In this document: positions 1 through 8,678 of the stretch, piece after piece
Position numbering within the stretch: position 1 is the stretch's first letter
How the letters are laid out: every line of letters begins with the position of its first letter
DNA from: Candidatus Iainarchaeum sp.
GTDB lineage: Archaea > Iainarchaeota > Iainarchaeia > Iainarchaeales > DTGL01
Reading direction: 5' to 3'
Assembly: GCA_021161055.1 (NCBI GenBank)
Contig: JAGHBI010000092.1
Coordinates: forward strand, 1-28,929
DNA: 28,929 nt
Notes under the pieces: model-generated
The model's input: the letters and a program-made list of their open reading frames with translations, nothing else
Told to the model about the DNA's origin: nothing
Databases searched by the model: none
Translations under genes and position numbers: made by a program

Positions 1-83
1 ATTAATTCTAGTTACTTATTTAAATATTGAGTTATATATTATTATTTGGAGGCACTATTATTTATTTCTACCCCTGTGATTCC

Positions 84-1049
84 ATGAATCCGGAAAGCAT
101 TAAAAAAGGTATTTTTCTTGGAGTGCTTTTTCTTTTAGTTGCCGCTCTCTTCGCATTTTACTTCAGCCTGCCCCTGTTGCAGATGTTTGCAAGCGATATA
201 TTCTGGCTTGCTGTTCTTGTGCTGGTGCTTATTGCGCTCTGGAAAACAAAGGCTTTTCACAATATTCTTATAAAACTCAGGGATTATGAGCGCGCAGTGA
301 TATTTCGCTTCGGTAAGTTCAACCGCATCGGAGGTCCTGGCTGGGCCCTAATGATTCCATTTATTGAATCCTATTCCCGCGTGGATCTGCGCACAAAAAC
401 TTTGGACATAGAGAAGCAGGATGTTATTACCCGCGATTCTATTGAGATAAGGATCGATACCGTTATTTACCTTAGGGTGGAAAAAGACAATGAAAGTGTT
501 GCTCGCTCCGTTCTTGAGGTTGAGAACTTTGAGGAGGCTTCGCGCACATATGTGATGTCTGCTTTGCGTGATATAATTGGTGAGATGACACTGCCAGAGG
601 TTATTGCAAACATAGATAAAATAAATAAGCACCTGCACGAGTCCCTGTCCGCAGTTGCTGAAAAATGGGGTCTGAACGTAATTGCTGTTCAGATAAAGGA
701 TGTTGATCTGCCGGATGTTGTGCTGAAGGCGATGCACGAGCAAAAAGCAGCCGTGCAGGAAAGACTTGCCAGAATGGAGCGTGCCGAAGCAAGCAAGATT
801 GAGATAAACGCTGTAAAGGAAGCTACTGCTGACTTGAGCGATAGGGCTCTGAACTATTACTATATAAAAGCTCTTGAAAAAATCTCCGATGGTCGGAGCA
901 CCAAGATAATATTCCCTCTGCAGTTCACATCGTTGGCACAGTCCATAAGTGAAAAGCTGAGCGCAGGCGAAGCAGAAAAGCTTGTTCCCTTGCTCAGAAA
1001 AGCTCTCGAAATAAATGTGGGAAAGGCAGTTGCAAAGGCAAAGAAATAG
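84..1049 (+). CDS. SPFH/band-7 (stomatin/prohibitin-like) membrane protein
   Basis: Two N-terminal hydrophobic helices, then YERAVIFRFGKF..GPG...IPFIE, VDLRT, KQDVITRD and a C-terminal coiled coil, all typical of SPFH. Start moved to ATG 84, downstream of an AT-rich promoter region. Confidence 0.9.
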   Translation: MNPESIKKGIFLGVLFLLVAALFAFYFSLPLLQMFASDIFWLAVLVLVLIALWKTKAFHNILIKLRDYERAVIFRFGKFNRIGGPGWALMIPFIESYSRVDLRTKTLDIEKQDVITRDSIEIRIDTVIYLRVEKDNESVARSVLEVENFEEASRTYVMSALRDIIGEMTLPEVIANIDKINKHLHESLSAVAEKWGLNVIAVQIKDVDLPDVVLKAMHEQKAAVQERLARMERAEASKIEINAVKEATADLSDRALNYYYIKALEKISDGRSTKIIFPLQFTSLAQSISEKLSAGEAEKLVPLLRKALEINVGKAVAKAKK

Positions 1050-1072
1050 TCCTTAAATCAAAGGGATAAAAT

Positions 1073-2005
1073 TTATTCCACTTTAATTACCGCAATAACC
1101 AGTGCAATCATATAAACCATGGAAAGGCTTAACGCAAACAAGTTCATTCCTGCTTTGGAGCCTGCTTCTATGGCTGCGCCAAATATCAGCGAGATAACTG
1201 CTGCAGCAAGCAGAATGGCTGAGTCTGCTGCTATACGCTCTATTTCATGCGTGAAATGCCTCTGCTTTGTAACAGCTATCGAAATCAGGCCACCTGCAAT
1301 CGCTCCCAAAAAGTAGCCCACAAACTCTGGAATGCCATGAGGCAATAAACCAAAAAATTTGAAGTGGTCGCTTGCCAGAAGGGTTTTTCCCACCCATGTG
1401 CCAACAACGCTCGCGTTCCAGGATATGAGAAAGATCGCGCCCGCACCAAATATGAATGAGAATATAACAGCCGCAACAAGCACACTTAAATTGTTCACAA
1501 GTATTATGCTAAACCAATAGAAAAATTCGCCTAAGCGCGAACTCTCAATATCGAAAACCTTTCCCGTGCTCTGGCTTATCTGTGCTATATAGCTCAGCGT
1601 CTTTTCCTGCTCAGCAAACGCTTGAGCTTTACCTGCTATCGACACGCATATATGAGACGCACAAACTTTAAGCTCCTGTGATGGAAGCAGCAAATACATT
1701 GAGGCATAGCCTATGATCACACCCAAAGTGAAAAACGTATATATCGCTATAAGCTGAACGTTTCTTTCAAGGAATCTTTCGCTCAGTATGGGCACTCTAG
1801 CCTCTTCGCTCTCCTCCCGAACAAAAACATTGTGGATTACAGGCATCACCGCTATTGTTATGAATGCAATCGCAAGCAGGCCGGCGTCGCTGAAGAATAT
1901 ATGCACAACCATGGTTGAGCACCAGCTGAGCACAATGCCCAAAAAGAGCATGAGATAAGGCTTTTTCATCACCTGAGCGCTGCCAAAAATCGATTCCAGA
2001 ACCAT
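1073..2005 (-). CDS. Stage II sporulation protein M (SpoIIM/DUF95) family integral membrane protein
   Basis: Multiple TM helices, NNL..., W-NASVVG and the PHGIPE motif typical of the SpoIIM/DUF95 family; AAGGTG SD before the ATG. Confidence 0.75.
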   Translation of the reverse strand: MVLESIFGSAQVMKKPYLMLFLGIVLSWCSTMVVHIFFSDAGLLAIAFITIAVMPVIHNVFVREESEEARVPILSERFLERNVQLIAIYTFFTLGVIIGYASMYLLLPSQELKVCASHICVSIAGKAQAFAEQEKTLSYIAQISQSTGKVFDIESSRLGEFFYWFSIILVNNLSVLVAAVIFSFIFGAGAIFLISWNASVVGTWVGKTLLASDHFKFFGLLPHGIPEFVGYFLGAIAGGLISIAVTKQRHFTHEIERIAADSAILLAAAVISLIFGAAIEAGSKAGMNLFALSLSMVYMIALVIAVIKVE

Positions 2006-2100
2006 ATGCGCACCTTGGTAACAATTTAAATAACTTTGCGAATTTAATTATTTCTGTTAAATAATATAATTTTGCTGTTTTTATTCTTTGTGGCGATAGT

Positions 2101-2664
2101 ATGCGTAAGAAGGTTGTAATTCCTGGCGAGATGCTTGCAATAGCAGAAGAATTTACCGCTTGCGAAAATGCCTTTCAGGAAGGTGAAAAGATATACGCAA
2201 GCACCATTGGTGTAGCGGAATACGACCGAAAGACTCATGAGGTTAGTGTGCAGAGCAGAAAGAACGTTAAGCCATTTGCTCCCGGCTGCAAGGTCATTGG
2301 TCAGGTGCTTGCGGTGAGAAAGTCAAGAGTGCTCGTAAAGTTATTCGAAGCAATGGAAGGCCCGGAGCCAAGAGTGCTCACGCAAAGCTATGCAACACTA
2401 TTCATATCCAATGTGGATAATCGCTTTGTGGAGGACCTGACGCAGGAATTTAAGATCGGCGATATAATTGCTGCTGAAATAGATTCAATAAAACCTTATG
2501 GCATATACCTGCGCACAGATAAGCCTTCACTTGGTGTGATAAGGGCTTACTGTTCGAAGTGCAGAGCACCGCTTTACCTCAAGGATAATAAGCTTTTCTG
2601 CAAAAGATGTGGTAGTATTGAAAAAAGAAAACTCAGCGTTGAATATACGCTTACAATAGATTAA
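2101..2664 (+). CDS. csl4: Exosome complex RNA-binding protein Csl4
   Basis: N-terminal VIPGE.L, S1 domain (FKIGDIIAAEI), LGVIRAYCSKC...CKRCGSIEKRKLS zinc ribbon; lies next to rpoL as in many archaea. Confidence 0.92.
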   Translation: MRKKVVIPGEMLAIAEEFTACENAFQEGEKIYASTIGVAEYDRKTHEVSVQSRKNVKPFAPGCKVIGQVLAVRKSRVLVKLFEAMEGPEPRVLTQSYATLFISNVDNRFVEDLTQEFKIGDIIAAEIDSIKPYGIYLRTDKPSLGVIRAYCSKCRAPLYLKDNKLFCKRCGSIEKRKLSVEYTLTID

Positions 2665-2681
2665 GACGTGAGGTGTTTTGC

Positions 2682-2957
2682 TTGCAGATAGAGGTTTTGG
2701 AATCGGGGCAGAATTTTCTTGAGTTTAAGATAAAGGGTGAGAGGCACACATTTCCACAATTGCTCAAGCATTACTTATTGAAAAACCCGAATGTGGAGTT
2801 TGCATCGTATAAGCTCGAACATCCGCTGGACAAAGATGCTCTGTTCATAGTTAAAACAAAAAAGGGCAAACCGATACAGGCGCTTCGCGAGGCAAATAAA
2901 AGTATGCTTGCTGACATTAAAGAATTTAAGAAAAAGGTTGAGGAAGCGTTTAAGTAA
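2682..2957 (+). CDS. rpoL: DNA-directed RNA polymerase subunit L (Rpo11)
   Basis: GERHT...LL, V.FASY...HPL motifs. TTG start at 2682 follows SD GAGGTG (2670-2675). Confidence 0.92.
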   Translation: MQIEVLESGQNFLEFKIKGERHTFPQLLKHYLLKNPNVEFASYKLEHPLDKDALFIVKTKKGKPIQALREANKSMLADIKEFKKKVEEAFK

Positions 2958-2964
2958 TTAAGTG

Positions 2965-3546
2965 ATGGCTTTGCCATATATAAAGGAAAACATCCGCGCG
3001 ATCGGTATTGACGATGGCTACTTCAAACCCAGAACAAAAGGCAGTACAAAGATTGTTGCGGTTCTGCTGCGCGCTGATTGTCGCTTGGAAGGTATTTTAT
3101 GCGAAGAGATAACCATTGATGGTCTTGACTCAACAGCTCGCATAACCAAGATGCTGAAGCAGAATGAGGAAAAATTCCTGAAGCAGGCCAGCGTGCTCTT
3201 CCTTGATGGTGTGAACTTTGCAGGTTTCAACATAGTTGACGTAGATGCTTTGCATTCTGCATTAAAGCTTCCGATAATTATAGTGTTCAGGAGGATGCCA
3301 AAAATGCGGGAAATATTCGCTGCTCTGGAACGTTTTGAGGACCGCAACCTAAGAATGCGGCTGATTAAAAAAGCAGGCGAGATCCATAAAGCAGATAAAA
3401 TATTCTTTCAATGCAGGGGCGTAGAGGCAAGCACCGCAAAGCAACTCATAAAAAAATTTTCAATACACTCGCACTTGCCAGAGCCTGTGAGGATTGCACA
3501 CCTGATTGCCAGCGCAGTAACACTTGGCAGGAGCACAACCCCCTAA
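2965..3546 (+). CDS. DUF99/UPF0215 family protein (endonuclease V-like fold)
   Basis: IGIDDG, IDGLDST, FLDGVNFAGFNIVD and PEPVRIAHLIAS motifs. Confidence 0.88.
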   Translation: MALPYIKENIRAIGIDDGYFKPRTKGSTKIVAVLLRADCRLEGILCEEITIDGLDSTARITKMLKQNEEKFLKQASVLFLDGVNFAGFNIVDVDALHSALKLPIIIVFRRMPKMREIFAALERFEDRNLRMRLIKKAGEIHKADKIFFQCRGVEASTAKQLIKKFSIHSHLPEPVRIAHLIASAVTLGRSTTP

Positions 3547-3636
3547 ATCGCACCCATTTTAAGAATTTTCCCCTATTTTTTCCTGTATCAAAGCGAGCTC
3601 ATTGTAGTGGGCATATATAACGCAAGGGGAAAAGGC

Positions 3637-3840
3637 ATGAAGTTTAAATATGATAAGGAAACGGATATTCTGATGATAATACTTTCCGAAGAAAAACCAG
3701 ATTTTGGTGAGCAATCTGGGGATATAATAACCCATTATAATAAAGATGGCAGACCCATCGAGATTGAAATACTGAATGCCAGCGAGAACGCATTAAATAT
3801 AATCAAACCAATATTGGCCGCAAGGAAGGCGGTTGCCTGA
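3637..3840 (+). CDS. DUF2283 domain-containing small protein
   Basis: MKFKYDKETDILMI...D....G.PIEIEILNAS matches the YD...D.L.I / G....IEI pattern of DUF2283. Confidence 0.8.
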   Translation: MKFKYDKETDILMIILSEEKPDFGEQSGDIITHYNKDGRPIEIEILNASENALNIIKPILAARKAVA

Positions 3841-3908
3841 TGCCTGCAGAACTGTAAAACTGTTTTGCAGAGCAATTCCTTAAATTACTTTTTCCTTATG
3901 GTGTTTTT

Positions 3909-4757
3909 GTGGGCAAGAGGGAAAGACTCAGGCCGGGAAAGCCGCTGAAGAAATCAAAGCAAAGCGTGCTTTCAGTTATTGGGAAGAACCTTCACATGCT
4001 GGACCCTTTCACCTACGCTGACATTTTGCTTGAACGTATAGGCCAGAGGGAAAACAAGCTTGTTGCATGGCCTGTTTATTTACTCACCGCTTTTCTGAGC
4101 GCATGGCTTATTTACACTGTTCTCGGGATTATTCTGGGCACAAGAGCGCCGGCAGTTGTTGTGGTAAGTGGTTCTATGGAGCCAACCTTTTACAGAGGGG
4201 ATATAATGGTGCTCACAGGCGCAACACCAGAGAATCTAAAAGCACAGACAGTTGAGCTTCCGTGCGCTCTGACCAGTAAGAATATTTATGAGTATGCAGA
4301 AACGTACTGTGCGGTAGAAGATATTAATGAGCTTGTTGAATGTAAACAGATAATTCCCTATGCAAAGAAAGGTTTAATACCGAGCTCAAAATTTGTAACA
4401 AAGCGCATATGCTTTCCAAGCATAGATAAATGTATTGAACTTAATAAGAAGGGAGATGTTGTTGTTTACACCTCAGACAGCCCAAGGTATTATGGAAAGC
4501 AGATAATCCATAGAGCTGTCGTTAAGATACGCGCTAATGATGGCACATTTGTTCTTACAAAAGGCGATTCGATTTACAACCCGCTCATCGATCAGGAGGC
4601 AGGCTTAGCGAGCAGCGCAGTTCCCATAAACAAACTTGAAGGGAAAGTATTTTTCATGATTCCAAAGCTTGGCTATATAAAGCTCATTATACTGGATGAT
4701 ATCCCATGCATACTTTTGCACCCCCTTGATTTCATGGAGAAGTGCGAACTTCCATAG
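3909..4757 (+). CDS. Signal peptidase I, archaeal/ER type (S26B, Sec11-like)
   Basis: TM helix followed by VVVSGSMEPTFYRGD (catalytic Ser), IIHR (catalytic His) and TKGD..N. GTG start after GGTG. Confidence 0.9.
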   Translation: MGKRERLRPGKPLKKSKQSVLSVIGKNLHMLDPFTYADILLERIGQRENKLVAWPVYLLTAFLSAWLIYTVLGIILGTRAPAVVVVSGSMEPTFYRGDIMVLTGATPENLKAQTVELPCALTSKNIYEYAETYCAVEDINELVECKQIIPYAKKGLIPSSKFVTKRICFPSIDKCIELNKKGDVVVYTSDSPRYYGKQIIHRAVVKIRANDGTFVLTKGDSIYNPLIDQEAGLASSAVPINKLEGKVFFMIPKLGYIKLIILDDIPCILLHPLDFMEKCELP

Positions 4758-4854
4758 CTTGGTTTCCTTCAGCTCTAAATTCAAAAGGCTGCACGAAACG
4801 TGCGTGCTGTTGCTACCGCTCATTTTAAAACCAGATTTGTTCAAATTTATTGCT

Positions 4855-5205
4855 ATGGAAGAACCGGTAGATGTTGAAATCCAGCCTAAACGGGTTCCCG
4901 CAAGAGAATGCTTCATAAATGAAATAAAAGGGAATGAAACGCGCGTTGCAATTGTTGTGAGCGTTGTTTCTCTGAATAGGGCAGCAAAAAACGCTGTTGT
5001 TTCAGATGGTAGTGGTGAAGCGGTGCTCACATTTGATAATACTGCAAAGATGCGTGGCATCGCTGAAGGCATGGTTTTGAGGGTTATTGGAAAACCGCTA
5101 GCAACAAAGCCCTTAACGCTCGAAGTTGAACTAACACAAGAATTAAAAGATTTTGATGCTAACTTATTCAAGAAGGTAAAAAATCTGTGGGCGAAGCTCC
5201 GATAG
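4855..5205 (+). CDS. Replication protein A small subunit (RPA14/Rpa3-like OB fold)
   Basis: KRVPARECFINEIKGNETRVAIV..V, SDGSG, VLRVIGK and EVELTQEL.DFD..L resemble Thermococcales RPA14 (RRKPAVERKISEIREEDTRV...DDGTG...VRVIG, recalled from memory). True start is ATG 4855; the ORF-track extension overlaps the signal peptidase. Confidence 0.72.
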   Translation: MEEPVDVEIQPKRVPARECFINEIKGNETRVAIVVSVVSLNRAAKNAVVSDGSGEAVLTFDNTAKMRGIAEGMVLRVIGKPLATKPLTLEVELTQELKDFDANLFKKVKNLWAKLR

Positions 5206-5213
5206 GTGGTACT

Positions 5214-5960
5214 ATGAAACTCGTGATTGGGAACGCGAGTAGCTTTAAAAAAAGCGTAGATGCAATTGCCGCTCTTATAGACGAAGCCGAGTTTATTGTA
5301 AATGAGAATGGTCTGACCCTGAAAGCTACAGACCCGAGTCAGATAGCGATGGTGGATTTTGAGCTGCCAAAGAGTGCTTTCAAAGAGTTTGATGTCAAGG
5401 GGGAACTCACAATCGGCATCGATATGGATTATCTGAGGCAGGTTATTTCAAGAGCAAAAAGCGATGACACGCTTATTCTCGAACTAAACCCCGGAGCCAC
5501 AACCCTCAATATAACATTCAAAGGAAAATCACAGCGTAGCTTTTCAATACCTCTAATCGATGTGTCCAAAGGGCAGATTCCAAACCCGAAGATAGAGTTT
5601 GAAGCGGACGTTAAAATGAAAGCGTGGCTCCTGCAGGATGCGTTGAAGGATGCCGAACTCATTTCCGGGCATGTTGTTTTTGGCGTCACTTCTGATTGCT
5701 TTTATGTGAGCGCAAGTAGCAGCAAGGGCACACTTAGAAACGAAACAAAGAAAGATGAAGATGCGATAATAAAGTTTGATGTGAAGAAAGAATGCAAAGC
5801 GATGTTCCCATTGGATTACCTAAAGGATATGCTCAAAACGCCGAGTAGTGATGATGAGCTAACAGTGCATTTGCGCACAGATGCGCCAGTGCGCATAGAT
5901 TTCAATATCGATAAGGCGCGCGTTACATACTACTTAGCTCCAAGAATCGAAGCAGAGTGA
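5214..5960 (+). CDS. pcn: DNA polymerase sliding clamp PCNA (canonical-looking copy, PCNA-1)
   Basis: GL.LKATDPSQIAMVDFEL, IPLID interdomain loop, LQDALKDA, F.LDYL and C-terminal YYLAPRIE. SD AGGTGG before ATG 5214. Confidence 0.96.
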   Translation: MKLVIGNASSFKKSVDAIAALIDEAEFIVNENGLTLKATDPSQIAMVDFELPKSAFKEFDVKGELTIGIDMDYLRQVISRAKSDDTLILELNPGATTLNITFKGKSQRSFSIPLIDVSKGQIPNPKIEFEADVKMKAWLLQDALKDAELISGHVVFGVTSDCFYVSASSSKGTLRNETKKDEDAIIKFDVKKECKAMFPLDYLKDMLKTPSSDDELTVHLRTDAPVRIDFNIDKARVTYYLAPRIEAE

Positions 5961-5963
5961 TTG

Positions 5964-6836
5964 CTACAGTAACAGCATTACTCCGAAAGATGCCAGGAGT
6001 GCACCCACAACCTTTATTGTAATGCTTTTTCTATCAATAGCCTCCCTGAATAGAGAAGGTGCAAACTTGCTCACCATAAGCGCTAACGCCAATACAATGA
6101 AAGGTTGTAATGCGCCAATAGCGCTTACCAATGATACATACCTAATTGAGAGGGCCATGAGCTCCAGTATATAAGCCACAAAATAGCTGCCTGCGCTCAA
6201 AAACCCAAACGCTAACAATCTTGGCTTTGCAACAATAGCCCCTCTCAGCTCTTTAAAATAAAGAGGCAGCGCAATCGCATACACGCTTAAAGTAATGAAT
6301 GAGCTCCAGAGAAACAAGCTCCAATAATCTATGCTGCCTAAAAGATACTTTGTTATGATTGCTTCCATAGCCCACAAAAGAGAACACAGAAAAGCGGTCA
6401 GCGCCCACTTATTTTTGCCGAGCTTTCCATCGGATACAAGTATTGAAGCAACCACTATACTTATGATTCCAAATATCTGTGCATAGCTAAGCGCTTCACC
6501 CAAAAATATTACTGCGAGCACAAGCACGAATAGTGGCAAGCTCTGCAAAGCCACCACTAAGCGAGACGGCTCCGCTTTCTGCATCGCTTTGAAGTATAAC
6601 AGCACACCTGCAATGCCAAAAAGTGTTGCTGTGAGCAGCATAAGGAATTCATCTATTTTTAGAATTTCTGGAGGGCTAAGCAAGAACGCGATAGCGATAA
6701 CCGGTATCATTGTGATGTCGCATACTATAGTTCCAAGAAGCGGATTCTTGAGGTACCCATTCACAAGTACTTTATCGCTTATATTCACAACCGAGTAAAG
6801 TACTGTTGAAGCTAATGCCAGAAGGAACCAGAGCAT
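5964..6836 (-). CDS. EamA/DMT family transporter
   Basis: About 10 TM helices in two repeats; LYFKAMQKAEPS.......Q..PLFVLVLAVIFLGEALS...IFGI. Start moved to ATG 6836 to avoid overlapping the next gene. Confidence 0.9.
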   Translation of the reverse strand: MLWFLLALASTVLYSVVNISDKVLVNGYLKNPLLGTIVCDITMIPVIAIAFLLSPPEILKIDEFLMLLTATLFGIAGVLLYFKAMQKAEPSRLVVALQSLPLFVLVLAVIFLGEALSYAQIFGIISIVVASILVSDGKLGKNKWALTAFLCSLLWAMEAIITKYLLGSIDYWSLFLWSSFITLSVYAIALPLYFKELRGAIVAKPRLLAFGFLSAGSYFVAYILELMALSIRYVSLVSAIGALQPFIVLALALMVSKFAPSLFREAIDRKSITIKVVGALLASFGVMLLL

Positions 6837-6908
6837 AATCACAAACCTATAGGCAAACAATTTAAACCCTTCCCTATTTATTTTAATTAATCTCTTCGCG
6901 GTGCCTGT

Positions 6909-7631
6909 ATGATTCGCATAACCAGAGTTCAGCCATTCCAAAGCGCCATAAGAGCAATAGCTAATTTTATCTCTGAGGGAAACTTCAGATTCAACGAAAA
7001 AGGTCTTTCCTTCAAAGCAGTTGATCCGAGCCAGATAGTGCTTGTAAGCTACGAGGCTGGCAGAGATTTCTTTGAGCGATTTGATGTGGAGCCGAGCCTT
7101 GTAGGCGTTGATATAGATGAGTTGAATAAGGTTGTGAGGCGTGCATCAGCAAGCGATGCTATTGAACTGGAGCTTGAGGACTCCTACCTTAAAGTGGCAA
7201 TAATCGGCAGCCTTGAAAGAATCTTCAGATTGCCTCTCATTGATGTGCTTGAAGAAGAGCCCGAAGTGCCTGAGCAGAGCTATGATGTAACGATTGAGAT
7301 TGGGGCAAGGCTCTTACAGGAGGCATTGAAAGATGCTTCGCTCTTTGAGAGCAGTGTTGTTTTTAGGGTTGAAAACTCAAAGCTTTTCATAGAAGCGAGG
7401 GGCTCGCAAGGGATGCTTCGCACGGAAGCGAAGCAGCAGGATCTTGTGAAGGTAAGGGCAAAGGCCGATGTTGTTGGCAAGTACTCGCTCAACTTCCTTG
7501 AGAACATCGTTAAGGAGGCCGAACCATCCGAGAGTATCATTCTTGAGCTGAAGAGCGAGGCTCCAATGAGAATAACATACAATATAGGCTCAGCGAAGCT
7601 TCAATTTCACCTGGCGCATATGATTCTATAG
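6909..7631 (+). CDS. pcn: Second, divergent PCNA paralogue (PCNA-2)
   Basis: KGLSFKAVDPSQIVLV, LPLID, LLQEALKDA, KYSLNFL and APMRITY align over the full length with PCNA-1 (about one third identical by manual alignment). C-terminus is LAHMIL. Confidence 0.93.
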   Translation: MIRITRVQPFQSAIRAIANFISEGNFRFNEKGLSFKAVDPSQIVLVSYEAGRDFFERFDVEPSLVGVDIDELNKVVRRASASDAIELELEDSYLKVAIIGSLERIFRLPLIDVLEEEPEVPEQSYDVTIEIGARLLQEALKDASLFESSVVFRVENSKLFIEARGSQGMLRTEAKQQDLVKVRAKADVVGKYSLNFLENIVKEAEPSESIILELKSEAPMRITYNIGSAKLQFHLAHMIL

Positions 7632-7682
7632 CGGAAACCTGCTCTAAAAGATTTTAAAATCAGAACGCTGCAAAACTTTCTT

Positions 7683-8678
7683 ATGATTGAATTCTCGCTC
7701 GAGGATTTGCAGTTTGCTGCCCGTTATCCTTTTTCCAATACGGCAAAGCGCATAGTGCAGCGATCAAATTTGGCTATTGATGATATCGATATCACAATTA
7801 AGGATATTGCAAAAGGTGCTTTGAAGGCTGCGCTCGCTAACGAAGCCTATCCTGTGTGCGAACACAGGGATAAGGAGACTTTAGCGAGGTATATACTCGC
7901 ATATCCCGTTGCAAGAGTGCTTGTTTCCTTTCTCGAGAACCCCAAATATTATTTCTACTTTGCCCGCGCAATTTACAGGGCAGCACTGGCTTCTCTTCAA
8001 AGGGCACATAATGGGGTTGAGGAAGCGAAAAAGCTGGCGAACGATTTCGGCATAAGTTTTGGTTTCAATGGGTACTTTGAACTCGACCTTATGGAATTCC
8101 TCAGGACTCCAAGCAAGGATGAACTTCTGAAGCTTGTGAACCAGAAGGTTCATTCCGGCACCGTTTTTCTCAGCCCGAACCGATTTTCCCGCTTCCTGGC
8201 AGAAAGGGCACAGCAAAGCGTACTTTCCACACTGCCTGTTAGTACGCAGGGCTTGCCTTCAGAGCTCAGGGAGCTAGCTTTTGAAACACTTGAGGAATCG
8301 CTTGAGAAGACCAAGGCAGAGATAAGCACAACAGCAAACCTAAGTGCACTGCCACCATGCATAGAAAAGATATATTCTGAGCTGCTTGCCGGCAATAATA
8401 TTCCGCACATGGCAAGGTTTGCCCTGGCAACATTTCTCAATGCGATAAACGTTCCTGAGGAGAAGATTATAGAAGCATTTTCCCATGCACCAAACTACAA
8501 CGAAAAGATAACCCGTTACCAAGTGTCAAGAATAGTGCATGGTAGAGCAGGCAAGCGCTACAGGCCATTATCCTGCGCAAAGATGCGCAGCTATGCATTA
8601 TGCAATGCGAACTGCAATGTAAAAAACCCGATGCAGTATTATAGAAAACAGCTTGCAACAAGCTCCAGAGGTGGATGA
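7683..8678 (+). CDS. priL: DNA primase large subunit PriL
   Basis: YPF, LVNQ.V..G.V.L, PPC, H.ARF.LATFL, APNYNEKITRYQV and Y.P.SC.KM....LC...C (four cysteines for a 4Fe-4S cluster). Confidence 0.95.
   Translation: MIEFSLEDLQFAARYPFSNTAKRIVQRSNLAIDDIDITIKDIAKGALKAALANEAYPVCEHRDKETLARYILAYPVARVLVSFLENPKYYFYFARAIYRAALASLQRAHNGVEEAKKLANDFGISFGFNGYFELDLMEFLRTPSKDELLKLVNQKVHSGTVFLSPNRFSRFLAERAQQSVLSTLPVSTQGLPSELRELAFETLEESLEKTKAEISTTANLSALPPCIEKIYSELLAGNNIPHMARFALATFLNAINVPEEKIIEAFSHAPNYNEKITRYQVSRIVHGRAGKRYRPLSCAKMRSYALCNANCNVKNPMQYYRKQLATSSRGG

Noticed and set aside
4696-4854. Long N-terminal extensions given by the ORF track (RPA-like, EamA, S27e, AglH, SPFH, GINS)
   Set aside because: They overlap neighbouring genes or promoters; SD position and homology point to the downstream starts used above.
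5214-7631. Second PCNA as part of a provirus or integrated element
   Set aside because: No integrase, att-like repeats, viral genes or visible compositional shift; both copies are flanked by core chromosomal genes. A phylogeny is still needed to exclude ancient transfer.
7650-7661. 12-bp palindrome GATTTTAAAATC upstream of priL as an operator
   Set aside because: It coincides with the expected TATA position about 25-30 bp before the ATG and is adequately explained as a TTTTAAAA TATA box for a leaderless transcript.
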